A stretch of DNA of 64,000 nucleotides from Candidatus Heimdallarchaeota archaeon. GTDB lineage: Archaea > Asgardarchaeota > Heimdallarchaeia > Heimdallarchaeales > Heimdallarchaeaceae. Below, piece after piece: positions 28,836 to 38,183 of the stretch. Location of the stretch: contig JAUVXV010000003.1 in the NCBI GenBank assembly GCA_030603365.1, positions 32,001 to 96,000 on the forward strand. The letters run 5' to 3'. A program made the translations under genes and the position numbers. Every line of letters starts with the position of its first letter. Within the stretch, counting starts at the first letter, position 1. A model generated the notes under the pieces. It had not been told where the DNA came from, ran no database searches, and worked only from the letters and a program-made list of their open reading frames with translations.

Positions 28836-29964
28836 ATCACTCCAGACTAAACCTCTTGTTGTAGATAATGGAACTGGATTTACAAAAAACGGATTTGCAG
28901 GAGAAGATCAACCAAGAAGTGTTTTTCCAACAATTATAGGTTATCCTAAGCAACCGGTTGTAATGCCTGATGTTGAAGGATGGATAAGAGAACACTACAT
29001 TGGTGAAGAAGCAATGAATATGAGAGGTGTTCTCAAGCTAGTTTACCCCATGGAACACGGGCAAGTTAAGGACTGGCAAGCAATGGAAAACATTTGGCAT
29101 TACACGTTCTACAATGATCTAAGAGTTAATCCAAATGAACATCCTATAATGTTAACTGAACCCCCTTTGAATGATAATCGAAACAAGGAAAAGATGGCTG
29201 AGTTAATGTTTGAAATTTTCAATGTTCCAGCTATATATATCTCAATGCAAGCTATACTTTCACTCTATGCATCTGGAAGAACAACTGGACTTGTTGTAGA
29301 TGCAGGAGATGGAGTTATTCATATAGTTCCGGTCTATGAAGGTTTTGCGATATCCCATGCTATACACAGATGCGACATTGGAGGACGAGACATTACTCAT
29401 TATCTGCGAACTTTACTTAAACAACGAGGCTATTCACTGACAACTAGTGCAGAACGAGAGATTGTACGAGATATCAAAGAAAGATTATGTTACATTGCAT
29501 TAGATCCTGAAAAAGAATTAAGATTATCTGAAAGAGTCTCTGGAATGGAAAAGGATTATGTTATGCCTGATGGTGAAAATATAACAATAGGATCAGAACG
29601 ATTTATAGCACCAGAGTTGCTATTCAACCCTGGTGTAATTGGATCAGAAGAAGAACCTTTGGATGAGATAATTTACCGAATGGTACAGAATTGTGATGTT
29701 GATCTACGCAGAGATCTTTTTTCAAATATAGTGCTCTCTGGTGGAACAACAATGTTTCCAGGATTAAAGGAACGGCTACATAAAGAACTAGTTGAACTCG
29801 TTCCAGAAACAACTGAGGTAAAAATAATCTCACCTCCAGAGAGAAGATATTCCGTTTGGATTGGTGGAAGTATTTTAAGCTCTTTGAAAACATTCAATAA
29901 ATTATGGGTTACAAAAAAGGAATATAAAGAAACAGGACCTACAGCAGTTTATCGCTGTATTTAG
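28825..29964 (+). CDS. Eukaryote-like actin (Lokiactin-type Asgard actin)
   Basis: VVDNGTGFTKNGFAGEDQPRSVFP, YPMEHG, EHPIMLTEPPLN, LYASGRTTGLVVDAGDG, EREIVRDIKE, LSGGTTMFPG, PPERRYSVWIGGSIL. ATG 28825 behind GAAGGAG. Confidence 0.97.
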   Translation: MAAESLQTKPLVVDNGTGFTKNGFAGEDQPRSVFPTIIGYPKQPVVMPDVEGWIREHYIGEEAMNMRGVLKLVYPMEHGQVKDWQAMENIWHYTFYNDLRVNPNEHPIMLTEPPLNDNRNKEKMAELMFEIFNVPAIYISMQAILSLYASGRTTGLVVDAGDGVIHIVPVYEGFAISHAIHRCDIGGRDITHYLRTLLKQRGYSLTTSAEREIVRDIKERLCYIALDPEKELRLSERVSGMEKDYVMPDGENITIGSERFIAPELLFNPGVIGSEEEPLDEIIYRMVQNCDVDLRRDLFSNIVLSGGTTMFPGLKERLHKELVELVPETTEVKIISPPERRYSVWIGGSILSSLKTFNKLWVTKKEYKETGPTAVYRCI

Positions 29965-29988
29965 ACAGTTTATTCCTTTAAACGCCCA

Positions 29989-30003
29989 CTTTTTTATTTT
30001 TTT
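29989..30003 (+). terminator. Oligo-T tract after actin, probable archaeal terminator
   Basis: T-rich run about 25 nt past the stop codon. Confidence 0.45.
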
Positions 30004-30117
30004 AGAAGATTCCTCTTCTTTCTGAAATTATTTGTTCTTCATGGGATTCAAGAGAATTTTTGTTTCCGAAGAGCAAAAGTTATATTTCAATACTTTTACT
30101 ACTAATTTAGTGATAAT

Positions 30118-30294
30118 ATGGTAGTTTATAGACCCGATGCTTTTATCTGTAATAATTGTGGAGAGCGCTTCAACAACGAACAGAAAAAGACCTTAAAAGA
30201 ACAAGTAGATGGAATATTCATCACAAAAACTGTTTGTCCTGAATGTTTATCACCAGATATTAGAACAACAATTACTGGTCATCGGGATGAATAA
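30118..30294 (+). CDS. Small 58-aa zinc-ribbon protein (not in ORF track)
   Basis: MVVYRPDAFICNNCGERF...VCPECLSPDI: CxxC...CPxC. Confidence 0.8.
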   Translation: MVVYRPDAFICNNCGERFNNEQKKTLKEQVDGIFITKTVCPECLSPDIRTTITGHRDE

Positions 30295-30369
30295 GAACAC
30301 ATTTTTGTATTACGGGGGTAGTCTCTTTATCATACTTACTCTATAAAAAAGTAAAGCTATTTTTATTAT

Positions 30370-30543
30370 ATGCAACCCGAGAATCTTGTAAATGAGATGA
30401 ATCGAATCCTTGTGAAAATGGACAAAGAATTGCATAGTTTGAACAAGGAACTAGATAAGATTTTGAAGAAATATCCCGGATACATGGAAGATGAAGAAAT
30501 TAAGTTAAAATACGCTATGCGTAGATACAACCATGGAAAATAG
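30370..30543 (+). CDS. Small 57-aa helical/coiled-coil protein (not in ORF track)
   Basis: MQPENLVNEMNRILVKMDKELHSLNKELDKILKKYPGYMEDEEIKLKYAMRRYNHGK; normal codon usage. Confidence 0.6.
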   Translation: MQPENLVNEMNRILVKMDKELHSLNKELDKILKKYPGYMEDEEIKLKYAMRRYNHGK

Positions 30544-30669
30544 ATTGTACTCAAATCCTCTATGGCTTAATTTGGGGGGTTCTGGGGATGATTTACTCTA
30601 TTTGGCATTAGAATTATTGAGGAATCATTTTATATTATACATCCTAAGTATTATCAAAAAAGCAATATA

Positions 30670-31707
30670 GTGTTGAAGATGAAAGAACTCAAAATCTCTG
30701 TTCAGGCAGAACGGTTGGATATTGTAAAAGAATTATTCGAAAGGTTGGGTTATACTTATACGATAACAATCTTTGAAGAAATAGCTACTCTAACAATAAT
30801 TGTGAAAAATCAGCATACGTCTACAATATTAGAAGAATTAAAAGGAATAGGAGTTGGAACAGTTTTTGGAACAATTGTTGTTTCTCCCGTTGATTTAGAA
30901 ATTTCATCTACAAAGAAAGAATCATTGTTGAGAGATAGAGGAATCAGCATTGATGAAATGATATCAAATACAAAAGGATTAGCTCTCATTAATACAACAT
31001 TTGTTGGTTTAATAATTCTAGCTGGGCTTTTATCTTCGTTTGGTTTAATCTACGATAATGTAGTTATTATCATTGCAAGTATGATCATTGCTCCTTTACT
31101 GGGACCAATAGCTCTTACAGTTATTGGTACAATGACTCCTAAGAATATTTATTCAAAAAGATCTATAGCAGCTGAAATAATCGGTTTATTCGTAATTATC
31201 TTCATTGGTTTTATAGTGGGAATAATATACAGATACGCTGAACCAACTGCGATTGTTGCTAGTGATACTATACAAAGTGATCAAATACTCCTAAGAATTA
31301 AACCAACTATAGGTGACATTATTTTTGCAATAGCTAGCGGATTAGCTGCAGGTCTTTTTATCATTAGAGGTGAAAGTACTGCTATTGTAGGCGTTGCAGT
31401 TGCTGCATCTTTATGTCCACCCGCAGCTAATGCAGGTTTATTATTAGCAACACCTGGTTTGATTAGTGAAGCATTTGGATCTTTGGTATTACTAGGATTG
31501 AACGTTCTAGCAATTTATGCATCCTGCGCACTAATATTCTGGACATCACAATCATTTGTAAGAGGAGGAACAGTTTCCACTAGGCAATTCAAAAAAATCA
31601 GCAGAAAATACATTACACAAATTGTAATGACTTTCCTTGTCTTAGCTGCACTAATCACACTAATAGTGCTAGATAATATTTACAACTTTATTGTAATAAA
31701 TCCGTAA
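30670..31707 (+). CDS. DUF389/TIGR00341-family membrane protein with an N-terminal PII-like domain
   Basis: IIASMIIAPLLGPI, GVAVAASLCPPAANAG. Confidence 0.88.
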   Translation: MLKMKELKISVQAERLDIVKELFERLGYTYTITIFEEIATLTIIVKNQHTSTILEELKGIGVGTVFGTIVVSPVDLEISSTKKESLLRDRGISIDEMISNTKGLALINTTFVGLIILAGLLSSFGLIYDNVVIIIASMIIAPLLGPIALTVIGTMTPKNIYSKRSIAAEIIGLFVIIFIGFIVGIIYRYAEPTAIVASDTIQSDQILLRIKPTIGDIIFAIASGLAAGLFIIRGESTAIVGVAVAASLCPPAANAGLLLATPGLISEAFGSLVLLGLNVLAIYASCALIFWTSQSFVRGGTVSTRQFKKISRKYITQIVMTFLVLAALITLIVLDNIYNFIVINP

Positions 31708-31740
31708 CGAATCAATGAAAAGGTTGGCAAATAAATTTTT

Positions 31741-31917
31741 TTATCTAAAATGCTCAATCATTGATTTCATAACCATTTTTACAGCATATTGTGCTTCTTC
31801 GGTTAAATCTGAAAAATCTTTCCCACAACTTGGGCAACCTTCATACCCTTCTGGGTCACTTTTTCCAAATTTAAATCCACAATGGAAGCAATATACATTA
31901 TTTGGCAATTTGCTCAT
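31741..31917 (-). CDS. Small zinc-ribbon protein
   Basis: YCFHCG...GCPSCGKDF. Confidence 0.75.
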   Translation of the reverse strand: MSKLPNNVYCFHCGFKFGKSDPEGYEGCPSCGKDFSDLTEEAQYAVKMVMKSMIEHFR

Positions 31918-32033
31918 GTTTATCACAATTAATTAAGGATTCTTTCCAAATAAACTTTTGTGAAATTTTCGTATTTTTTCGAGATAGTATTTATGTGAAA
32001 TAGAATGAATTATCTATCTTCTCTTTTTTTCCT

Positions 32034-33080
32034 TTATTCCCAATATACTGGATCTCCGATTCCTATATACCAATAACAATAGCCACCTACAGGATATTTA
32101 TCAATTGCACCCTCTTTTGCTTGAGTAGCTATATAATCTTGAAATACAGCAGTCCATGTAATCTCACTTTCATCTGTATAAGTGAAATAGAGTTCTTTTG
32201 AATCTGAATATCTATTCGGTTCTACATTATAGGTGTCTATCAAACTCATGAAATAGGAATATCCTGCAGAGAGAGCTGGGTCCTCATTATCTGGCCAATT
32301 ATATCCATATAGAGGGATTCCACAATAGATTTTCTCATAAGGAATGGTTTTTACGGCATAATTCAGTACATTTTTTATCCAGCTGATAGGAGATATTTGA
32401 CCAGGATTACTTCCTCCCCAAGAATAATCATAAGTCATGATCATAATAAAATCACAAATCTCTCCTATGATTTCATAATTGAAAGCTCCTCCCCAACCAG
32501 TTTTCCAATCAGCTGATTTAGCAGGAACATCTATTGATAGAATATACTTAGAATCAAGATTATCTCTGAGATCCTGAAGGAACTCATTAAATACATCTCT
32601 GTCTTCAGCTGGTACACCCTCAAAATCTATATTGATGCCTGTACAATTATAAAGCTCAAGCAGATAATTTGCGGAAACGATGAAATTATTTACACAAGTC
32701 TCATTGTTAATTATCTCTGATATCAATTCAGAACTGAAGAATTCATCGTAGTTTGATACTAAGGGATGAATCTCAATATTATTGCTTCTACAGAACTCAA
32801 AAACTTCATTCGGAGTGACATCCAGATACCAGTGTTCATCAGTCATCGTGCCATTTGGATAAACTCTCCACCAAGCAGGTGAAATCATATCTATTTCTTC
32901 TGATGATTCTAAGAGTCTCTCATAAGAAGCATTATTCCAAGGGCTAAACCAATAGAAATTTCTCTTAATTGGATATTCAACATTGAAGTAGGGATTAAAG
33001 TAAAAGTACAATCCAATCCCAGTCCCCAAAATTCCTAGGAGAGTGATACCAGCAATTAACTTGGTATACAGAGGTTTCAC
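32034..33080 (-). CDS. Membrane-anchored glycoside hydrolase family 18 (YaaH/SleL-like)
   Basis: GINIDFE catalytic motif, IMTYDYSW, GIPLYGYNW. Confidence 0.9.
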   Translation of the reverse strand: MKPLYTKLIAGITLLGILGTGIGLYFYFNPYFNVEYPIKRNFYWFSPWNNASYERLLESSEEIDMISPAWWRVYPNGTMTDEHWYLDVTPNEVFEFCRSNNIEIHPLVSNYDEFFSSELISEIINNETCVNNFIVSANYLLELYNCTGINIDFEGVPAEDRDVFNEFLQDLRDNLDSKYILSIDVPAKSADWKTGWGGAFNYEIIGEICDFIMIMTYDYSWGGSNPGQISPISWIKNVLNYAVKTIPYEKIYCGIPLYGYNWPDNEDPALSAGYSYFMSLIDTYNVEPNRYSDSKELYFTYTDESEITWTAVFQDYIATQAKEGAIDKYPVGGYCYWYIGIGDPVYWE

Positions 33081-33164
33081 GAATAAACTAAACCTATACT
33101 ATATTTTAATCTAATCCTCTTTAGACTAAAGATTTATTATTCTCTGTGCGACAAATTTCTTACT

Positions 33165-35090
33165 ATGAATTCAGTAGAAAAAATGTGCGAAAAATATGCT
33201 ATTGAAAATGCTTTAGGGCACGGAGAAGCACAAGTTGGTCCTGTTATGGGATTAATTCTGAAAGCTAATCCTGAAATGAAAAAAGATGCAAAAAGTATCA
33301 AAGAGATATTGGAAAAGAAAATTGCTTATGTTAATTCATTGAAACCCGAAGAGATACAACAGCTCGCACAACAAAAGTATCCTGAAATTTTACATGAGAA
33401 GGAGAGTGAAACTCAAGAAGGTACTGATTTCATCAGAGCAATCATAGAAGAACATATGAAAAGTGGAAGATTTGGGGGACGTGTTCATACTCGATTCCCA
33501 CCAGAACCGAATGGATGGTTACATATTGGACATGCCTATTCTATAAACTGGAATTACAGTATTGCACAGGAATATGGTGGTAAATTCAACCTTCGGTTTG
33601 ATGATACAAATCCTGTCACAGAAGAAGAAGAATTTGTACAATCAATTATCGCTGATGTGAAATGGTTAGGTGCAGACTTCGAGGATCGATTACTCTTTGC
33701 TTCTGATTATTTTGAACAATTATACGAATATGCAGTTCAGCTAGTTAAGAAAGGCTTAGCTTTTGTTGATGATTCAAGTGTCGAAGAAATAAGAGAAATG
33801 AGAGGAACTCTAACAGAAACAGGAAGAAATAGTTCATATAGAGATAGATCAATCGAAGAGAATCTAGATTTATTTGAAAGGATGAAAGCAGGAGAATTCC
33901 CAAATGGAAGCAAGGTCTTGCGCGCTAAAATTGATATGACCCATCCTAATCTTCTAATGAGAGACCCAATCATCTACCGAATCTTACATGCTACTCATCA
34001 TAATACTGGTGATAAGTGGTGTATCTACCCTATGTACGACTGGGCTCATGGTCTAGAAGATTCACTAGAAGGAATTACTCACTCTCTCTGTTCAATAGAG
34101 TTCGAAATTCATCGACCACTCTATGATTGGTATATAGATCAGCTGGAAGATGAGAACGGAAATCCGATATTTCATTCACAGCAAATTGAATGGGCAAAAC
34201 TGAATGTAACATATATGGTTCTTAGCAAAAGAAGAATGATAAGAGTAGTTAATGAGAAATTCGTTGACGGCTGGGATGACCCAAGAATGCTAACAGTAGC
34301 AGGTATGAGGAGAAGAGGAATCACATCTGAAGCAGTTCGAAACTTTGCACTAAGTGTAGGTGTTTCAAAAAGAGAAAAATTGATTGACATGTCTACTTTT
34401 GAATATTTCATTAGAGACGATTTGGATAAAAGATGTTCAAGAGTGATGAGTGTTCTCAACCCTCTAAAGGTAGTTATTACCAATTATCCAGAAGATATAG
34501 AAGAGCAAATTACTATTCAAAATCATCCAACTAACGAAGAAAAGGGTAACAGACAAGTTAACTTTGCTAGAACACTATATATTGAACAAGAGGACTTCAT
34601 GGAAAACCCTCCTGAGGACTATTATCGTTTAGCTCCAGGGAAAGAAGTTAGGTTGAAATATGCTTATTTCATAACATGTGAAAAAATTATCAAAGATAAT
34701 GAAACCGGTGAAATAAAAGAAATACATTGTACTTATGATCCTGAGACCAAAGGAGGAGTAGCTCCAGATGGTAGAAAAGTAAGTGGAACTATTCATTGGA
34801 TATCAGCTAACCACATCATTGAAGCAGAAGTAAGATTATACGATAGACTATATACAAAGGAAAACCCAATGGATACTGAAGAAGGAGAAGATTTTACAGA
34901 TTGCATTAATCCAGATTCTTTAACAGTGATAAAGTCCTATGTAGAACCATTCTTAAAGGATGTTGAACCTGGTTCAAGATTCCAATTTGAGAGAAATGGA
35001 TATTTTGTAGTGGATATAGTTGATTCTACTAAAGAAAATCTTGTGTTCAATAGAATAATTACCTTAAGAGATTCATGGGCAAAGAAATAA
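33165..35090 (+). CDS. glnS: Glutaminyl-tRNA synthetase with an archaeal GluRS-like N-terminal extension
   Basis: DFIRAIIEE...VHTRFPPEPNGWLHIGHA, LRFDDTNP, WCIYPMYDWAH..DSLEGITHSLCSIEF, VLSKR, GWDDPR, RLAPGKEVRLKYAY, FQFERNGYF. Confidence 0.93.
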   Translation: MNSVEKMCEKYAIENALGHGEAQVGPVMGLILKANPEMKKDAKSIKEILEKKIAYVNSLKPEEIQQLAQQKYPEILHEKESETQEGTDFIRAIIEEHMKSGRFGGRVHTRFPPEPNGWLHIGHAYSINWNYSIAQEYGGKFNLRFDDTNPVTEEEEFVQSIIADVKWLGADFEDRLLFASDYFEQLYEYAVQLVKKGLAFVDDSSVEEIREMRGTLTETGRNSSYRDRSIEENLDLFERMKAGEFPNGSKVLRAKIDMTHPNLLMRDPIIYRILHATHHNTGDKWCIYPMYDWAHGLEDSLEGITHSLCSIEFEIHRPLYDWYIDQLEDENGNPIFHSQQIEWAKLNVTYMVLSKRRMIRVVNEKFVDGWDDPRMLTVAGMRRRGITSEAVRNFALSVGVSKREKLIDMSTFEYFIRDDLDKRCSRVMSVLNPLKVVITNYPEDIEEQITIQNHPTNEEKGNRQVNFARTLYIEQEDFMENPPEDYYRLAPGKEVRLKYAYFITCEKIIKDNETGEIKEIHCTYDPETKGGVAPDGRKVSGTIHWISANHIIEAEVRLYDRLYTKENPMDTEEGEDFTDCINPDSLTVIKSYVEPFLKDVEPGSRFQFERNGYFVVDIVDSTKENLVFNRIITLRDSWAKK

Positions 35091-35159
35091 GCCACCCATT
35101 AGAAAAATTTAAAATCAAAACAAAAAATGAATGGTTGTCAAAGAAATTTGATAACCAAT

Positions 35160-35235
35160 AGTCCCATGGTGTAGCCTGGAAACACTCCAGACTTTGAATC
35201 TGGCGCCGGGAGTTCAAATCTCCCTGGGACTACCA
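35160..35235 (+). tRNA. trnQ: tRNA-Gln (anticodon TTG)
   Basis: Acceptor AGTCCCA/TGGGACT, anticodon arm CCAGA-CTTTGAA-TCTGG, T arm GGGAG-TTCAAAT-CTCCC, encoded ACCA. Confidence 0.95.
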
Positions 35236-35270
35236 AATCTTCTTATATATCTATCTAGTTCTTCTTCCTA

Positions 35271-35987
35271 TTACCAAGGCATTTCGTTTCCTTGCCAATC
35301 AAAGAATTTTCCTGTATTTTCAATAACCAGATTATATATTACATCTCGCATTCCACTAACTGATTCCTCAGGTAAAAGCGGTGCATTTGTTGTATATTCC
35401 ATTGTTGTTTTTACCCATCCTGGGTGTATTGAAATTACAGTTATACCTTCTTCCACTAAATCAACAGACAACGTTTTAGTAATCATATTTAGAGCTGCTT
35501 TACTCGCACTATAACTGTAACCTCCACCCTTTTTACTTCTTCTAGTTATGCACCCGCTGCTGGAAGATATATTTACAATAACTGAGTTTTTTCCATTCTT
35601 CAATAGAGGTAAGAATTTCTCTACCATCATAAGAGGGGCTACAGTATTAACTTGAAAAATTCTACTAAAATCTTCTTCTTCTAACTTCCCAAGTTCATCA
35701 CAATATTTTTTTCCTCCAAAACGAATTCCTGCATTATTGATTAGAATATCAAGATAGTCTGTTTCATTAGAAATAAAATCAAAAGCTTTATTCCTTGATC
35801 CCTTATCTGATACATCTAAGTCAACCAAAGCTAATCTGTCAGGATATGTTTTTTTGAGTTCCACTAATTCTGGGTATTTCTCAGGATTTCTGCTACATGC
35901 AAAAACAAGATTCCCTTTTCCCAAATATTGCTTTGTGAATTCGAAACCTAAACCTCTACTTGCACCAGTAATGAAAATTCTTTTCAT
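35271..35987 (-). CDS. Short-chain dehydrogenase/reductase (CsgA-like)
   Basis: TGASRGLG, LINNAG, YSASK, HPGWVKT. Confidence 0.93.
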   Translation of the reverse strand: MKRIFITGASRGLGFEFTKQYLGKGNLVFACSRNPEKYPELVELKKTYPDRLALVDLDVSDKGSRNKAFDFISNETDYLDILINNAGIRFGGKKYCDELGKLEEEDFSRIFQVNTVAPLMMVEKFLPLLKNGKNSVIVNISSSSGCITRRSKKGGGYSYSASKAALNMITKTLSVDLVEEGITVISIHPGWVKTTMEYTTNAPLLPEESVSGMRDVIYNLVIENTGKFFDWQGNEMPW

Positions 35988-36092
35988 GTAATTAAATTAG
36001 ATATTGTATTTATATTGGTTTCTTGACTGTTTTAAGGATAAGACCAAAACTTTTAATTTCCAATTATCCAAACTCTTTCAATGGTAAATTAT

Positions 36093-36167
36093 AGACCCGT
36101 AGTCTAGCGGCAAGGATACGGGACTCTGGATCCTGAGACAGGCGTTCAAATCGCCTCGGGTCTACCA
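36093..36167 (+). tRNA. trnQ: tRNA-Gln (anticodon CTG)
   Basis: Acceptor AGACCCG/CGGGTCT, anticodon arm CGGGA-CTCTGGA-TCCTG, T arm AGGCG-TTCAAAT-CGCCT, encoded ACCA. Confidence 0.95.
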
Positions 36168-36650
36168 TTATTTTTTACATTTTATGCAACCATTATTTCT
36201 GTATAAGGTTTTATCTTGGCATTTTTCACAAAATTTTATCTCAAGATTATCTAAACTAAGTCTAGACATTTTTTCGCCCAAATCATCTTTATCAAAATAT
36301 TCAATCAGATAAACGTGAGGACTACCTTCAACCATCCTAGATAAAGGTTTATTCACTTCAGTAAGTAAACAGATCACTGGAATGTCATGTTCATAGGCAT
36401 ACATAATCTCCATCCCAACTCCATGGGAAGGTTCATTCACATCAGCTATAATCTTACTTGATTGTTTTAACCAGTTTAAATCTCTTTCAAAAATGACTTT
36501 AGATGGGGCGTCATCCATTTTTCCAGGAACAAACGGATGATAGTTCTGAGATTCAACATATTCAATTAGAAAATCCAAAAGAGAGAAATCTAATTGTTGT
36601 GCCTTAATCATAGAACAAGCTATGTAAACATTCTTGTTTTCACTATTCAT
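36168..36650 (-). CDS. Nucleoside 2-deoxyribosyltransferase/DNPH1(Rcl)-like N-glycosidase with a C-terminal zinc ribbon
   Basis: VYIAC, IFERDLNWL, PSHGVGME, LSRMVEG; CxxC...CxxC tail. Confidence 0.85.
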   Translation of the reverse strand: MNSENKNVYIACSMIKAQQLDFSLLDFLIEYVESQNYHPFVPGKMDDAPSKVIFERDLNWLKQSSKIIADVNEPSHGVGMEIMYAYEHDIPVICLLTEVNKPLSRMVEGSPHVYLIEYFDKDDLGEKMSRLSLDNLEIKFCEKCQDKTLYRNNGCIKCKK

Positions 36651-36688
36651 TAAAGAAAAAGGAATTGTAAATTTAAAAATAATTCTGC

Positions 36689-38107
36689 TTACTCAACAAC
36701 TTCCTGTTCTGACATTTTTTTCAAAGCAATTAATGCTTTTAAGACAATTGTAGTTTCTTCAATATTGGATCCCCATAATCCTTCCTTATCTTGGACAGCT
36801 GCTAGATATAGAGCAGCTTTCTTAAGTGGTAAAGAGTCAGCAGATTCACTTGGAATAAGAGACAAGATTACATATCCTGTTGTACCAATATTCCCAGCCC
36901 AAGAACCTTCTAAGAACTGGGTTCCTATAACCGCTTGAATGAATTGTTGTCTTCTTGTAGGAGCTCTGCGTATATCATGTAAAGCTAACATTAATCTCGC
37001 AAACATTTCTACTGGTGTTTTTCCAGTCTGAGATGTAGAAAATCTGGCATACCCTCTTTTAATAACTATATCAATTGAAGCAACGAAGAGATTTGCCATT
37101 CGATCTAACATTCTAATATTGCCTGTCACATCTCCAATATAACTCATCATAACATGCAATGGAGTTGTCCTAGAACGTAAATTATATGTGAATCTATTGA
37201 GTTTGTTGATGAAATCCCATTCTGTTTCTTCAAGGGTTGAATCAAAGAATTCATCAATTTCAGGTACTCGACTATCAAAAATAGTAGGATCAAAAAGACT
37301 CAATGCATAGAGAACAAAGTAGTGTTCATAGGTTGTATCAATAGTTTCTGTTGTATCAACTATAGCTCTCAGACTCTCTATTGATTTTCCTAATTTGACA
37401 GTTTTCTTTCCTTCTTCTAAGGGAACAAGCCATTCAGTATCTTCATTATAACCAAGCTTGTTAAATAACTCAAGAACACAAGCACTTTCATAAACTGGAC
37501 TAAAATCTCCCCAGATTCCGTCTTCATTGACTCTCTTCTTTATTGCATTCAATCCCTTAGTAATTACTTTATCAAGATTCAAATCAGATAGTTTTTTATT
37601 TTCAAGATTCTTTTCTAATAACGAAAATTGATATTCTAAACCAAATGAGTCAGATCTGTCTGCCCTTGGTATTGAGAACAAGAAATATGCAGTTTCAATT
37701 ACATTAAGCATAAAAAACAAAACAAGCAATGCAATTGTTTGAGGATGAACTTTACCATTTTCAGTAGTGTATAATCCGGGTATGCTAGAATATAGGATTA
37801 TTATAACTAGTGAAACTACAGTAATAACAGTTAGAATTTTATTCGATGTTTCTCCAAATATATCCCAGTGATAATGATTCTCAATGTAACTTAGAATAAG
37901 CACTATTTCAAAGAAAAGACCAATAGGGAAGAAAATGTACTTTCCTGTAGGACCAATAGGAGCCATGGTAATTGCAAAAAGATAAACTAATGTAATTGCA
38001 AAAATAGTTATAGCAAAAACAATGGTTTCTATAATTCTTCGCAAACCAATTTGTTGTCCGAACTTAAGTACTCTCGAATAAATTTTGTACGTTTCTTGAG
38101 TCATCAA
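36689..38107 (-). CDS. Membrane protein with a C-terminal prenyltransferase/terpene-cyclase-like helical barrel
   Basis: 4 N-terminal TMs; QW-like motifs VNEDGIW, QFLEGSW, QDKEGLW. Confidence 0.6.
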   Translation of the reverse strand: MMTQETYKIYSRVLKFGQQIGLRRIIETIVFAITIFAITLVYLFAITMAPIGPTGKYIFFPIGLFFEIVLILSYIENHYHWDIFGETSNKILTVITVVSLVIIILYSSIPGLYTTENGKVHPQTIALLVLFFMLNVIETAYFLFSIPRADRSDSFGLEYQFSLLEKNLENKKLSDLNLDKVITKGLNAIKKRVNEDGIWGDFSPVYESACVLELFNKLGYNEDTEWLVPLEEGKKTVKLGKSIESLRAIVDTTETIDTTYEHYFVLYALSLFDPTIFDSRVPEIDEFFDSTLEETEWDFINKLNRFTYNLRSRTTPLHVMMSYIGDVTGNIRMLDRMANLFVASIDIVIKRGYARFSTSQTGKTPVEMFARLMLALHDIRRAPTRRQQFIQAVIGTQFLEGSWAGNIGTTGYVILSLIPSESADSLPLKKAALYLAAVQDKEGLWGSNIEETTIVLKALIALKKMSEQEVVE

Positions 38108-38183
38108 GATAAAATAAACGCTACAAGATATAATAACTTTTTCCGTACTTACGAAAAGAGGAATAAAGATTGTTAAAGTGATT

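Noticed and set aside
35194-35514. 106-aa plus-strand ORF
   Set aside because: Begins inside tRNA-Gln and is antisense to a clear SDR gene
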